24,964 bases of DNA from Flavobacteriales bacterium UBA4585 (GTDB lineage: Bacteria; Bacteroidota; Bacteroidia; Flavobacteriales; Schleiferiaceae): positions 1 through 24,964 of the forward strand of contig CATAQZ010000034.1 in NCBI GenBank assembly GCA_949487015.1, given 5' to 3'. This document shows, piece by piece, positions 8,763-16,510 of this stretch (its first letter is position 1; each line of letters begins with the position of its first letter). The translations under genes and the position numbers were made by a program. The notes under the pieces are model-generated. The model had not been told where the DNA came from. It searched no databases and saw only the letters and a program-made list of their open reading frames with translations.

Positions 8763-9263
8763 TTAGTTGAATTTCACGTCTTCAATGATCTTACCAATCA
8801 TTGCCGTTTGCTTGTTTTCTGCACTCAACTCCTGGCCTAAGATCTTTTCAGCAACATCAATACTTAAAGAAGCTGCCTGATTCTTGAGCTCAGCAATAGC
8901 CGCTGATTTCTCTGCTTCAATAGCCGCTTTTGCAGATACAATAGCTTTATCCGCTTCAGTAGCCGCTGCGTCTTTTGCCTCAGAAATCATTTTATTTTTC
9001 ATGTCACGCGCCTCTTTCAAGATGCGTTCACGCTCTTCACGGGCTTCTTTCAAAATGGCTTCGTTACTCTCCTGCAACGACTGCATTTCAAGACGCGCCT
9101 TCTCAGCTTCTTTCAAAGCGTCTTCAATAGATTGTTCTCTTTCGTTAACCGCGTTCAAAATAGGCTTCCATGCGTACCTTTTAAGCACGAAGATCAAAAG
9201 AAGAAACACCAGCGATTGCCAGAAGAATAATCCTATCGAGAAGTCATTAATTAGCTTATCCAT
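8763..9263 (-). CDS. atpF: F0 ATP synthase subunit b
   Basis: N-terminal TM (GLFFWQSLVFLLLIFVL), AWKPILNAVNEREQSI, long Ala/Glu/Lys coiled coil. Confidence 0.98.
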   Translation of the reverse strand: MDKLINDFSIGLFFWQSLVFLLLIFVLKRYAWKPILNAVNEREQSIEDALKEAEKARLEMQSLQESNEAILKEAREERERILKEARDMKNKMISEAKDAAATEADKAIVSAKAAIEAEKSAAIAELKNQAASLSIDVAEKILGQELSAENKQTAMIGKIIEDVKFN

Positions 9264-9296
9264 GTTTTTTGATTAAAATCAAATTCTATAATGAGG

Positions 9297-9334
9297 AAAA
9301 AATAGACGGTGCAACCAATCGTTGCTCCCGTCTA
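9297..9334 (-). terminator. internal terminator-like hairpin between atpE and atpF
   Basis: Minus strand TAGACGG-GA-GCAAC-GATTG-GTTGC-A-CCGTCTA followed by TTTTTT: a 12-bp stem with one internal loop plus a U6 tract. Confidence 0.65.
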
Positions 9335-9344
9335 CTTCATTTTC

Positions 9345-9536
9345 TTAAGCTGCGAAAAGTGCCGCAAAACCGATACCCTCGATAAGTGCAGCAGCAATAA
9401 TCATAGCTGTTTGGATTTTACCAGATGCTTCAGGTTGACGACCGATAGCCTCCATAGCTGAACCACCGATTCTACCGATACCCATACCAGCACCGATTAC
9501 GATCAAGCCTGCGCCTACAATAGTTGGAATTTCCAT
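9345..9536 (-). CDS. atpE: F0 ATP synthase subunit c (short, 63 aa; probably H+-coupled)
   Basis: GAGMGIGRIG glycine motif, RQPEA loop, ion-binding Glu in ALIEG; lacks the Glu-Ser/Thr pattern of Na+-type c subunits. Confidence 0.98.
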   Translation of the reverse strand: MEIPTIVGAGLIVIGAGMGIGRIGGSAMEAIGRQPEASGKIQTAMIIAAALIEGIGFAALFAA

Positions 9537-9565
9537 AGTATATAAAATTTAATTAATACTCTTAG

Positions 9566-10729
9566 TTAGTGATGGTCGTGCTCTTCAACGGCTGCACCGA
9601 AATACAGAGACGCCAACATGGTAAAAATGTATGCCTGCAGAGCCGCTACGAGCAACTCGAGTACATACAGGAACAATGTTAATCCAGTAAACGGAATCGC
9701 AGCAGTGTACGATGCGAAAATGTAGATTAACCCTAAAATACTCATGATCACAACGTGACCAGCGAGCATGTTTGCGTAGAGACGAATAGTCAATGAGAAT
9801 GGCTTAACCACCAATCCAATCAATTCGATTACTGCCAATACGGGACGTAACAATACCGGTACACCTGGCATCCAGAAAATATGCATCCAGTAATCTTTCT
9901 TACCACTAAACTGTGTGATAAAGAAGGTCATTAAGGCTAAAGAAACCGTTACGGCAATGTTTCCAGTAACGTTAACCCCTAGTGGAGTCATGCCCGCAAG
10001 GTTCAGGAACCAAATAAAGAAGAAGATTGTGAGCAAGAAGCTCATGTAACGCTTGTAATGCTTTTCGCCAATGTTTGGAATTGCAATCTCGTCTCTAATC
10101 AAAACGATGAGGGGTTCTAGGAATCGACCCGCTTTGCTCGGTACCAAACTGTTTTTGTAAGTCTTTGCTACACCTCTAAACAAGAAGAACATAAATACTG
10201 CCATGAACATAATCATGAACACGTTCTTTGTAATGGAGAAGTCTAATGGTTTAATGTGGTGGCCCGCTTCGTCAAGTAACATGTTTCCTTCAGCGTCCGT
10301 CTTATAAATCTTACTGTGGTGAATCACGTAATACTGACCGTCAACTTCCGCTACTGATTCTCCGTGGTGGAACTTCGCTGATGAAAAGACTTTTAGACCG
10401 TTGTCGAATAATATTACAGGTAGCGGAAAACCTACAGGGCCTACAATATGAAACTCGTATGAGTCTGCAAGGTGGTGTTCCACAGTCTCTCTTACAACCG
10501 CCTTTCTTCCTTCAGTATCTGACGCTGGTACAAATGCTCCATGGCCATGACCTTCTGAATGTGCTTCCTCAACGTGGTGTTCTGCACCATGCGCTTCATT
10601 GTTGTGAGCGTCATTGTCATGTGTATTCTCGTGGTGCGTGTTCTCATGACCGTGGTCTTGAGCTACCGCAGGTGCTGAGAAGAACATTAAGCCTACAAAG
10701 GCTGATAAGGCAGTAAACTTAGAAATCAT
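9566..10729 (-). CDS. atpB: F0 ATP synthase subunit a with signal peptide and His-rich N-terminal extension
   Basis: KPFSLTIRLYANMLAGH with the essential Arg, LQAYIFTML, TGNIAVT; operon position. Confidence 0.97.
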   Translation of the reverse strand: MISKFTALSAFVGLMFFSAPAVAQDHGHENTHHENTHDNDAHNNEAHGAEHHVEEAHSEGHGHGAFVPASDTEGRKAVVRETVEHHLADSYEFHIVGPVGFPLPVILFDNGLKVFSSAKFHHGESVAEVDGQYYVIHHSKIYKTDAEGNMLLDEAGHHIKPLDFSITKNVFMIMFMAVFMFFLFRGVAKTYKNSLVPSKAGRFLEPLIVLIRDEIAIPNIGEKHYKRYMSFLLTIFFFIWFLNLAGMTPLGVNVTGNIAVTVSLALMTFFITQFSGKKDYWMHIFWMPGVPVLLRPVLAVIELIGLVVKPFSLTIRLYANMLAGHVVIMSILGLIYIFASYTAAIPFTGLTLFLYVLELLVAALQAYIFTMLASLYFGAAVEEHDHH

Positions 10730-10779
10730 ACAATTTTTGCATTTTCCGTTTCCGGAATTTTAGCGGCTTAAAATCGGGG

Positions 10780-10787
10780 CAAAACTA
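10780..10787 (-). promoter_or_regulatory. Bacteroidota sigma-A -7 element (TAGTTTTG) for atpBEFHAG
   Basis: Exact TAnnTTTG on the minus strand about 50 nt upstream of the atpB ATG. Confidence 0.75.
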
Positions 10788-10834
10788 GTGAAGAATATTC
10801 ACGCCTTAAAAGAAAAGGTGCTATTTATTATGAG

Positions 10835-10843
10835 TTATCCACA
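10835..10843 (+). promoter_or_regulatory. perfect DnaA-box 9-mer (TTATCCACA)
   Basis: Exact match to the R-type DnaA-box consensus, in the intergenic region upstream of the atpB promoter. Function unproven. Confidence 0.4.
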
Positions 10844-10865
10844 GGGGTGGAGTTTCAACGCGGTA

Positions 10866-10887
10866 AAGCAGGACTAATAACCTGCTT
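10866..10887. terminator. weak hairpin downstream of the DUF6168-like gene
   Basis: AAGCAGG-8nt-CCTGCTT inverted repeat with only a short T run on the minus strand. Confidence 0.35.
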
Positions 10888-10918
10888 AATAGCGGTTTAT
10901 CTAAAAAAAACAAACAGC

Positions 10919-11293
10919 TTATTCGCGGTTCAAAATACGAGCTAAAAAGACGGTTTCAACTAGTGTAGAAAGCGCGTATGGAACGAAGAATAATAGGAAT
11001 TCCGCTTGAGTAAGCTCACCATCTGCACGAAAAGAAGGGTAAAAGACTATGAAGAACGTTAAGAACTTAAGTCCCGTCCCAGCCAAAAATAGAAACCCAA
11101 GCTTTTCAATATGCCTTTTTCTCCAGCGAAACAGAAAGGTGAATATTACTGCTGCTAAAACATGGTTAACGATATAGGAGTTGGTCAGAGGACCTGCTAT
11201 TTCAAGACCCGTAACTGCTGACTGTGCAAAGACGCCTAATAGTGCCACAAATAACAAAGTCGCATAAAATCGAAGAACTCTAGGATCTGTCAT
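10919..11293 (-). CDS. AtpI-like 4-TM membrane protein (DUF6168-like)
   Basis: Start moved to the ATG at 11293 (MTDPRVLRF), which makes a TAATG overlap with the upstream stop. Four hydrophobic helices; LGFLFLAGTGLKFLTFFIVFYP and EFLLFFVPY resemble the Flavobacteriales protein found just before atpB. Confidence 0.75.
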   Translation of the reverse strand: MTDPRVLRFYATLLFVALLGVFAQSAVTGLEIAGPLTNSYIVNHVLAAVIFTFLFRWRKRHIEKLGFLFLAGTGLKFLTFFIVFYPSFRADGELTQAEFLLFFVPYALSTLVETVFLARILNRE

Positions 11294-11505
11294 TAATCCT
11301 TTGGCATTTCTTTGATGAGCTGGTAAAAGGAAATAGCAACCGCTGCTAGAATGCAAATCATGGTATACCAATTCTTGTCCGATGGATATTTTGCATCTAG
11401 ATATTTGCCCAGTTCAGAACCGGCATAAATGAGCACTGCCATCTGCACACCGAGGGATGCAAAACGTAAAAATTTACGATCGTTTTTTTCCGGAGAATCA
11501 GCCAT
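11293..11505 (-). CDS. AtpZ/AtpI family protein (ATPase_gene1-like, 2 TM)
   Basis: FASLGVQMAVLIYAGSELGKYLDAKY pattern (G..lG..lD), 70 aa, upstream of the atp operon. Confidence 0.85.
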   Translation of the reverse strand: MADSPEKNDRKFLRFASLGVQMAVLIYAGSELGKYLDAKYPSDKNWYTMICILAAVAISFYQLIKEMPKD

Positions 11506-11516
11506 ATTGGGCTGAG

Positions 11517-11915
11517 TTAGGCGGTTTTTGTCGCAGCTGCGTCTGATTCGCCCACCTTTTTCATCAGCGCTCCCATACTTACAGAACCGTTGATTTCAGC
11601 GCCGGGTTCTACGGCTAATTTCTCAACCTGCACCTTACCTTTCACTTTAGCCGAAGAAGAAAGCGATAACGTTTGGGCAACGTTGAGCGTCCCTTCTAAT
11701 TGACCTGCGATAGCGGCATTTTTACACTCAACCTCGCCTTCCACTTGTCCGTTTTCACCGATGACCAATTTCCCGGTAACCTTCATGTTTCCGGCTACTT
11801 TTCCGTCAACACGAATGTCTCCATCCGAAACCACATCACCGGTAATACTCGTGCCTGCAAGAATGCGGTTCGATGCTTGAGCTTGTTCTGGGTACTTTTT
11901 AGCAGATGAAATCAT
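11517..11915 (-). CDS. bactofilin (polymer-forming cytoskeletal protein, CcmA/BacA-like)
   Basis: ILAGTSITGDVVSDGDIRVDGKVAGN...LVIGENGQVEGEV...VKGKVQVEKLAVEPGAEINGSVSM beta-helix repeats. Confidence 0.95.
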   Translation of the reverse strand: MISSAKKYPEQAQASNRILAGTSITGDVVSDGDIRVDGKVAGNMKVTGKLVIGENGQVEGEVECKNAAIAGQLEGTLNVAQTLSLSSSAKVKGKVQVEKLAVEPGAEINGSVSMGALMKKVGESDAAATKTA

Positions 11916-14521
11916 AACGTATCAAAATATTGGAGGTACTCTTTAAGGACCTTGTCTCTATAAACTTTGCCAAAGTTCGGATTATTTATATAAAAACCAG
12001 CACTTTGAGCCTTTGGATAGTATTGTTCTATTAATGTTCCTTGTTGATTAAAGGTATTCAGGTAGACTACAGCCTTCTCTTTCGTACGCAAACCACTGAC
12101 AATAATGAGCTGCGTGTTCTGGTCATAGAAAATGTTTTGAATGCGAAGATTGTCAAACTTGAAAAACTCTTTGTTGAAATCTGCAAGCGCGTTACGCAAC
12201 TCGTTAATTTTTGAGTTTTCTGCGGGAATCGCTAAAATAAATTTATGCGGAGCATTGTCCTGGCGCTGGAAATCTACCTTATTCACTTTAAGGTCTCCCA
12301 TTCCACGATTTGGTCCTTCTTCACTACCGCGCTCATCGTCTTGTAACATACTCAAAAGTTGAGCTGCGCGAGTAGCTTCTTCCGTTCCTGAATACGTTTT
12401 AACCACCTCTTGAAGCGCTTCGATTGTCGATTCCGCATCGCCGGAGGTGCCTGTAATGTATGCTGCTAGTAACCCTGTCTTCGGCAAAAGCGCACTATTC
12501 GGGTAGGTTGTGGTAAACGTGTGAAGTAGCGCCATCGCTGCTTTAAATTGGCCCGATTCATACGCAGTAAATGCGGCATCGTAGGCTTCTTGCTCCTGTA
12601 AAGGGATTTTCGGGCCTTTCTTTTCACCGCGCAATAAGGCCGCATAAGGGCTGTTCGCATAGGTTGTTAAAAGAACCGATTTTACTGCTTCACTCTTATC
12701 TTTTACTTCCTGTTCGATATAAAGTAAATACTGGCCATATAAAACTTTCGGTGTCGTCTGTGCAAAAGAAACAAACTCGTTCATGTAGTCTGCCCACGCC
12801 AATTCTGCTTCATTGTTGTCCTTAAGTCCGTCTTTATAAATGAACCCTAATTCACTTTTAGCAAAGGCTTCGCGCTGCAAGCTGGCTTTTAGATCATCGT
12901 CGGTTTTTAAAACACGTGCGAGGTAATAATCCACACTGTTTTCATCGCTCGGCAATAAAGCCTTTGTAGTATCACTTGTAGTGGAATCCTGTAGGATTGT
13001 TTGTTCCACAGCAAAACCTTGTACTGGTTTGTCCTTTGTGCGCCAGTGGTCTTCTAATGTTCTGTTTCCCCACGTGCGTTTAAATGCTGCCACACCTTTT
13101 GCTCGAACCGTTGGGTTGTAAAAGTACCATTGACCAGAGCCCCCGCCTGCTTGTGGACCCGCATCCGCCAAAAGGGCATTTTCAGCTGCGCGCATCGCTG
13201 CAATTTCAGCACGCCTTGCGGCCTCCTCTTCTCGCGCCTGTTTCGCTTCTATATAATCTTCAAATTTTTGTCGCAAAGCCTGATCAGTCATTCCGAACAT
13301 CGACTGAAGGCTATCTTCTAGCGCAATAACGTTTAATTGAGCCACCAGGTCATTCAGCACAGAAGTACGCTCTTCAAGAGTGTCTAAACCCGGATAATCC
13401 ATTGGTAATACAGCAATTGCGCTATCATAATAGGCTTGAGCGTTAACAAACGATTTAAAATCAAAAGAGATCCCCGCCAGTCTTAAATAGCTTTTCCCTT
13501 TTTGACGTGCGTTATCGACGGATGCGGCGATGCTCTGACGAAGCTTAGTCTCAGCCTCCGGATAGTATTCTAAATCCAGTTTTTTCAACGCCCACACATA
13601 ATATATTTGATCTCGATACGTGATGTTTTTATCGTCCTTGAGCATCTTATTCAATGCCTTCTCAATAATGGCAATGTCCTCCATGAAAACATCAAAATTC
13701 TCTGCTCGCTTGATTTGTGCAGAAAAGGTGATGTCATAATCGTCCGGGTGAAGTTTCAAAACATCTTCATAGGCTAATGCGCTTTCATAGCCTTTACCGA
13801 GCTTTGCTAAAAGCTGTGCATTGAGATACGTTAGCCGAACCTTTTCCGATTTTACACTAGCGCTCTGTGCCGCTGCGGCAACCCAGCCCTGCGCATCGGC
13901 CCACCGATCTTGCGATAAATGGAAATAAGCCATGGTTTTTTGGGCTTCAAAGAGCTCGTTCTTCGGAAGTTTCTTAGTGTATAACTCATCCAACTGCTGC
14001 TCGGCCTGAAAGAAGTTTTCCATCCGGATATGCGTCTGTGCTGCCAAGAGCTTTGCCCAAAAGACTTCGTCTTCCGCTAGCTCAAGTCTTCCGAAATTAT
14101 CTTCGATGTAAGAAGTCGCTTCAAGCGTTTGTATCAACTCGTGCTTATAAAATCGGCTTCGTGCAATTAGCAGATACGCTTTAAAAACGTAGTCGTTCTT
14201 CTGCTTACCGCCGAAGACCATGCTGTGCTTCTTCACCACTTTCGCACTCTTCTCAATGGCGCGGTCCATTTTCGCAAATAACCCAGATGCTTGGTCTGCG
14301 TCTGGCCAAAAATAAATGGGTAAGAATTGTTCAAAATCCCACTCTTCACCGTTTTGAAACTGCTTTACAGCTTCATCGAAGGCCTCTTCGCCATTAAAAT
14401 ATGCATTGTAATGTGCGGTTACCTCATGGTACTTTCTATTCACCCACCGGTCCTTAGTCGTAGAACAAGAGGCCAAGAAAAGTAAAGCCGCAATGGCAAA
14501 AAGTCGTTTGGAGTAAAACAT
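11912..14521 (-). CDS. sprE: T9SS periplasmic TPR lipoprotein SprE/PorW
   Basis: Lipobox LASC, N-terminal CSTTKDRWVNRKYHEVTAHYNAYFNG, TPR-like helices, WYFYN...F...WGNRTLEDHWR motif; 869 aa; position upstream of bactofilin and atp genes as recalled for Flavobacteriales. Confidence 0.85.
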   Translation of the reverse strand: MFYSKRLFAIAALLFLASCSTTKDRWVNRKYHEVTAHYNAYFNGEEAFDEAVKQFQNGEEWDFEQFLPIYFWPDADQASGLFAKMDRAIEKSAKVVKKHSMVFGGKQKNDYVFKAYLLIARSRFYKHELIQTLEATSYIEDNFGRLELAEDEVFWAKLLAAQTHIRMENFFQAEQQLDELYTKKLPKNELFEAQKTMAYFHLSQDRWADAQGWVAAAAQSASVKSEKVRLTYLNAQLLAKLGKGYESALAYEDVLKLHPDDYDITFSAQIKRAENFDVFMEDIAIIEKALNKMLKDDKNITYRDQIYYVWALKKLDLEYYPEAETKLRQSIAASVDNARQKGKSYLRLAGISFDFKSFVNAQAYYDSAIAVLPMDYPGLDTLEERTSVLNDLVAQLNVIALEDSLQSMFGMTDQALRQKFEDYIEAKQAREEEAARRAEIAAMRAAENALLADAGPQAGGGSGQWYFYNPTVRAKGVAAFKRTWGNRTLEDHWRTKDKPVQGFAVEQTILQDSTTSDTTKALLPSDENSVDYYLARVLKTDDDLKASLQREAFAKSELGFIYKDGLKDNNEAELAWADYMNEFVSFAQTTPKVLYGQYLLYIEQEVKDKSEAVKSVLLTTYANSPYAALLRGEKKGPKIPLQEQEAYDAAFTAYESGQFKAAMALLHTFTTTYPNSALLPKTGLLAAYITGTSGDAESTIEALQEVVKTYSGTEEATRAAQLLSMLQDDERGSEEGPNRGMGDLKVNKVDFQRQDNAPHKFILAIPAENSKINELRNALADFNKEFFKFDNLRIQNIFYDQNTQLIIVSGLRTKEKAVVYLNTFNQQGTLIEQYYPKAQSAGFYINNPNFGKVYRDKVLKEYLQYFDTL

Positions 14522-14596
14522 ATTTCTAATAACGCCCTAAAATTATTTTATTTCACGCCCCGAGAGAAATTCAGAGCACGATATTTGTCTTTAATC
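14522..14596. promoter_or_regulatory. divergent promoter region for sprE and the M23 peptidase
   Basis: 75-bp AT-rich spacer between divergent starts; only near-consensus -7 elements (TAATTTTA on minus at 14538-14545, GATATTTG on plus at 14580-14587). Confidence 0.4.
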
Positions 14597-15457
14597 ATGG
14601 CAACAGAAAAACAGAAACAAAAACGCGTAGAGCGGTGGCGTAATAAATTTCGCCTCGTCATTCTGAATGACGATACCTTCGAGGAGCTCTTAACCCTTCG
14701 TCTTAGCCCACTGAACGTCTTTACATTTAGTGTTTTCGCTATCGTTTTTACTATTGCTATCACTTCTATTGTCATTGCTTTTACGCCATTAAAAGAATTG
14801 GTTCCCGGTTACGCTTCGTCGAAAATTCGTCGTCAAGCCATAGAATTAAGCCTAAAAACAGACAGTTTAGAAGGTGTTTTGCGACAGAATGAACGATATG
14901 TAAGCGGAATTCAGCGCATTTTACAAGGAGAAGTGATCGATTCTGTTGTTCAAGATGTAGCGTCCGAAGATACCGCTACCAACACCGCTGTTTTACTCTC
15001 AAGTCCTAGCCCAACAGATAGTGCCTTTAGAGAATGGGTGGAAGATGAAACCGCGTTTAGCTTAGAACAGCGTGCTGCAGAATTAGATGTTCCACAGCTT
15101 TTAGCACCAGTAGAAGGTGTAGTCACGTCTTCTTTTGACCGAACTACGGGTCACTTTGCGGTAGATATCGCCGCCACTAAAAACGCGCCTATTAAGTCTT
15201 GTTATGAGGGCATTGTAGTTTTAGCTGACTGGACAAGCGAAAATGGACACATTATTATAATTCAACACGAAAACAATCTTGTAAGTGCTTATAAGCACAA
15301 CAGTGCTTTACTCAAAGAAGTCGGTGATTACGTTAGAAGCGGAGAAGCCATTGCAATTATTGGCAACAGTGGTGAAAACTCAACGGGGCCACATCTTCAT
15401 TTTGAGCTCTGGTACGACGGTAGCGCCATCAACCCAGAAGACTATATAAAGCTCTAA
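14597..15457 (+). CDS. M23-family zinc metallo-endopeptidase (membrane anchored, peptidoglycan hydrolase type)
   Basis: HFAVD (HxxxD) and HLH (HxH) zinc ligands; basic N-terminal tail, one TM helix, coiled-coil-like linker. ATG at 14597 preferred over the TTG at 14585. Confidence 0.93.
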   Translation: MATEKQKQKRVERWRNKFRLVILNDDTFEELLTLRLSPLNVFTFSVFAIVFTIAITSIVIAFTPLKELVPGYASSKIRRQAIELSLKTDSLEGVLRQNERYVSGIQRILQGEVIDSVVQDVASEDTATNTAVLLSSPSPTDSAFREWVEDETAFSLEQRAAELDVPQLLAPVEGVVTSSFDRTTGHFAVDIAATKNAPIKSCYEGIVVLADWTSENGHIIIIQHENNLVSAYKHNSALLKEVGDYVRSGEAIAIIGNSGENSTGPHLHFELWYDGSAINPEDYIKL

Positions 15458-15912
15458 AGCGACTGCTCGTAACCTTCATCTGCGGGCAACCCTTTCTTCT
15501 TACTTTCAATGACGGCTAATGCATCACATCGTTCGTTTTGAGGATGGTTGTTGTGGCCTTTTACCCATTGAAAAGTAGGATTGTATTTTTTTAGAAGCGG
15601 CAGCATTTGACGCCATAAATCTGGATTTTTTTTGTCTTTGAATCCTTTTTTGACCCAAGAAAAGAGCCAACCCTTATTAATGGCATCCACGACATACTTG
15701 CTGTCGCTTACTACCACCACAGCCACTTTGTCGCTTTTGAGTTCACGCAGGCCTTGAATTACCGCTAACAATTCCATGCGGTTATTCGTGGTAAGTCGAA
15801 AGCCTCCACTCAATTCTTTTTGGTGGCCCGCACTGCTCTCTAAGACCACTCCATATCCGCCTGGTCCTGGGTTGCCGCTCGCTGCTCCGTCCGTGTATAT
15901 AGTTACTTTCAA
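15454..15912 (-). CDS. rnhA: ribonuclease HI
   Basis: IYTDGAASGNPGPGGYG, TTNNRMELLA, SDSKYV, WVKGH, NERCDALA. Start probably the TTG at 15912, which overlaps the purN stop (TTGA). Confidence 0.97.
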   Translation of the reverse strand: MKVTIYTDGAASGNPGPGGYGVVLESSAGHQKELSGGFRLTTNNRMELLAVIQGLRELKSDKVAVVVVSDSKYVVDAINKGWLFSWVKKGFKDKKNPDLWRQMLPLLKKYNPTFQWVKGHNNHPQNERCDALAVIESKKKGLPADEGYEQSL

Positions 15913-16481
15913 TTGCTCGATGCCATTTGTTCGATCCAACCTTCAACAGTAGGTCCGTAATATTCTAACTCCAGCTCACGCACGCTTGCCTCAATACTTT
16001 CTGGTGAAGATCCTGATTCAATTTCTACGCCATATTGCGCGATAATAGCTCCCTCGTCATAAGCTTCATTCACAAGGTGTATTGTGATACCTGTTTCATT
16101 AACGCCAGATTCGCTTACTGCTCGGTGAACATGTTTGCCGTACATACCTTTACCCCCGAAGTGCGGTAACAGTGCAGGGTGAATGTTCAGCATTCGCCCA
16201 CTAAAGGCTAAGGTCCATTCTTTGGGTATCATTTGTAAATATCCTGCCAACAAAATAATGTCTGCTTGTTCTTTCAAAATACTCAAAAGTGAGTCGCTTT
16301 CCAGCTTTGGTGAAAAAACCTCAACATTAACATTTAATCGGTTCGCACGCTCAATTACGCCTGCTTTAGCGTTGTTCGTAACTATTAAATTTACCCTTGC
16401 GACGTCAGAATGCTCGAAATACCGCACTAATGATTCCGCGTTACTTCCTGAACCTGAGGCAAGTATGGCTATTTTTAACAT
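15909..16481 (-). CDS. purN: phosphoribosylglycinamide formyltransferase
   Basis: IAILASGSGSNA, LLAGYL, NIHPALLP, TGITIHLV..YDEG. Start moved to the ATG at 16481. Confidence 0.97.
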   Translation of the reverse strand: MLKIAILASGSGSNAESLVRYFEHSDVARVNLIVTNNAKAGVIERANRLNVNVEVFSPKLESDSLLSILKEQADIILLAGYLQMIPKEWTLAFSGRMLNIHPALLPHFGGKGMYGKHVHRAVSESGVNETGITIHLVNEAYDEGAIIAQYGVEIESGSSPESIEASVRELELEYYGPTVEGWIEQMASSN

Positions 16482-16502
16482 GATTTTCGTACCTTGAAGC
16501 CA

Positions 16503-16510
16503 CAAATTTA
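16503..16510 (-). promoter_or_regulatory. -7 promoter element (TAAATTTG) for purN-rnhA
   Basis: Exact TAnnTTTG on the minus strand about 22 nt upstream of the purN ATG. Confidence 0.75.

Noticed and set aside
9345-9536. Possible Na+-translocating or N-type ATPase
   Set aside because: Subunit c lacks the Na+-ligand pattern (no Ser/Thr after the key Glu), and the gene order with atpH present is the ordinary F-type arrangement.
5692-10729. ATP synthase operon lacks beta (atpD) and epsilon (atpC)
   Set aside because: A split operon with atpD-atpC elsewhere is the known arrangement in many Bacteroidota; it is not gene loss.
10730-10918. Possible replication origin
   Set aside because: Only one perfect DnaA box, no clear box cluster or unwinding-element repeats, and no dnaA/gidA-type neighbours. 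Whole-genome skew would be needed.
10919-11371. Track start at 11371 for the DUF6168-like gene; likewise the track starts for rnhA (15939), purN (16505) and M23 (14585)
   Set aside because: Downstream starts give canonical stop/start overlaps or match the family N-termini better, so coordinates were adjusted.
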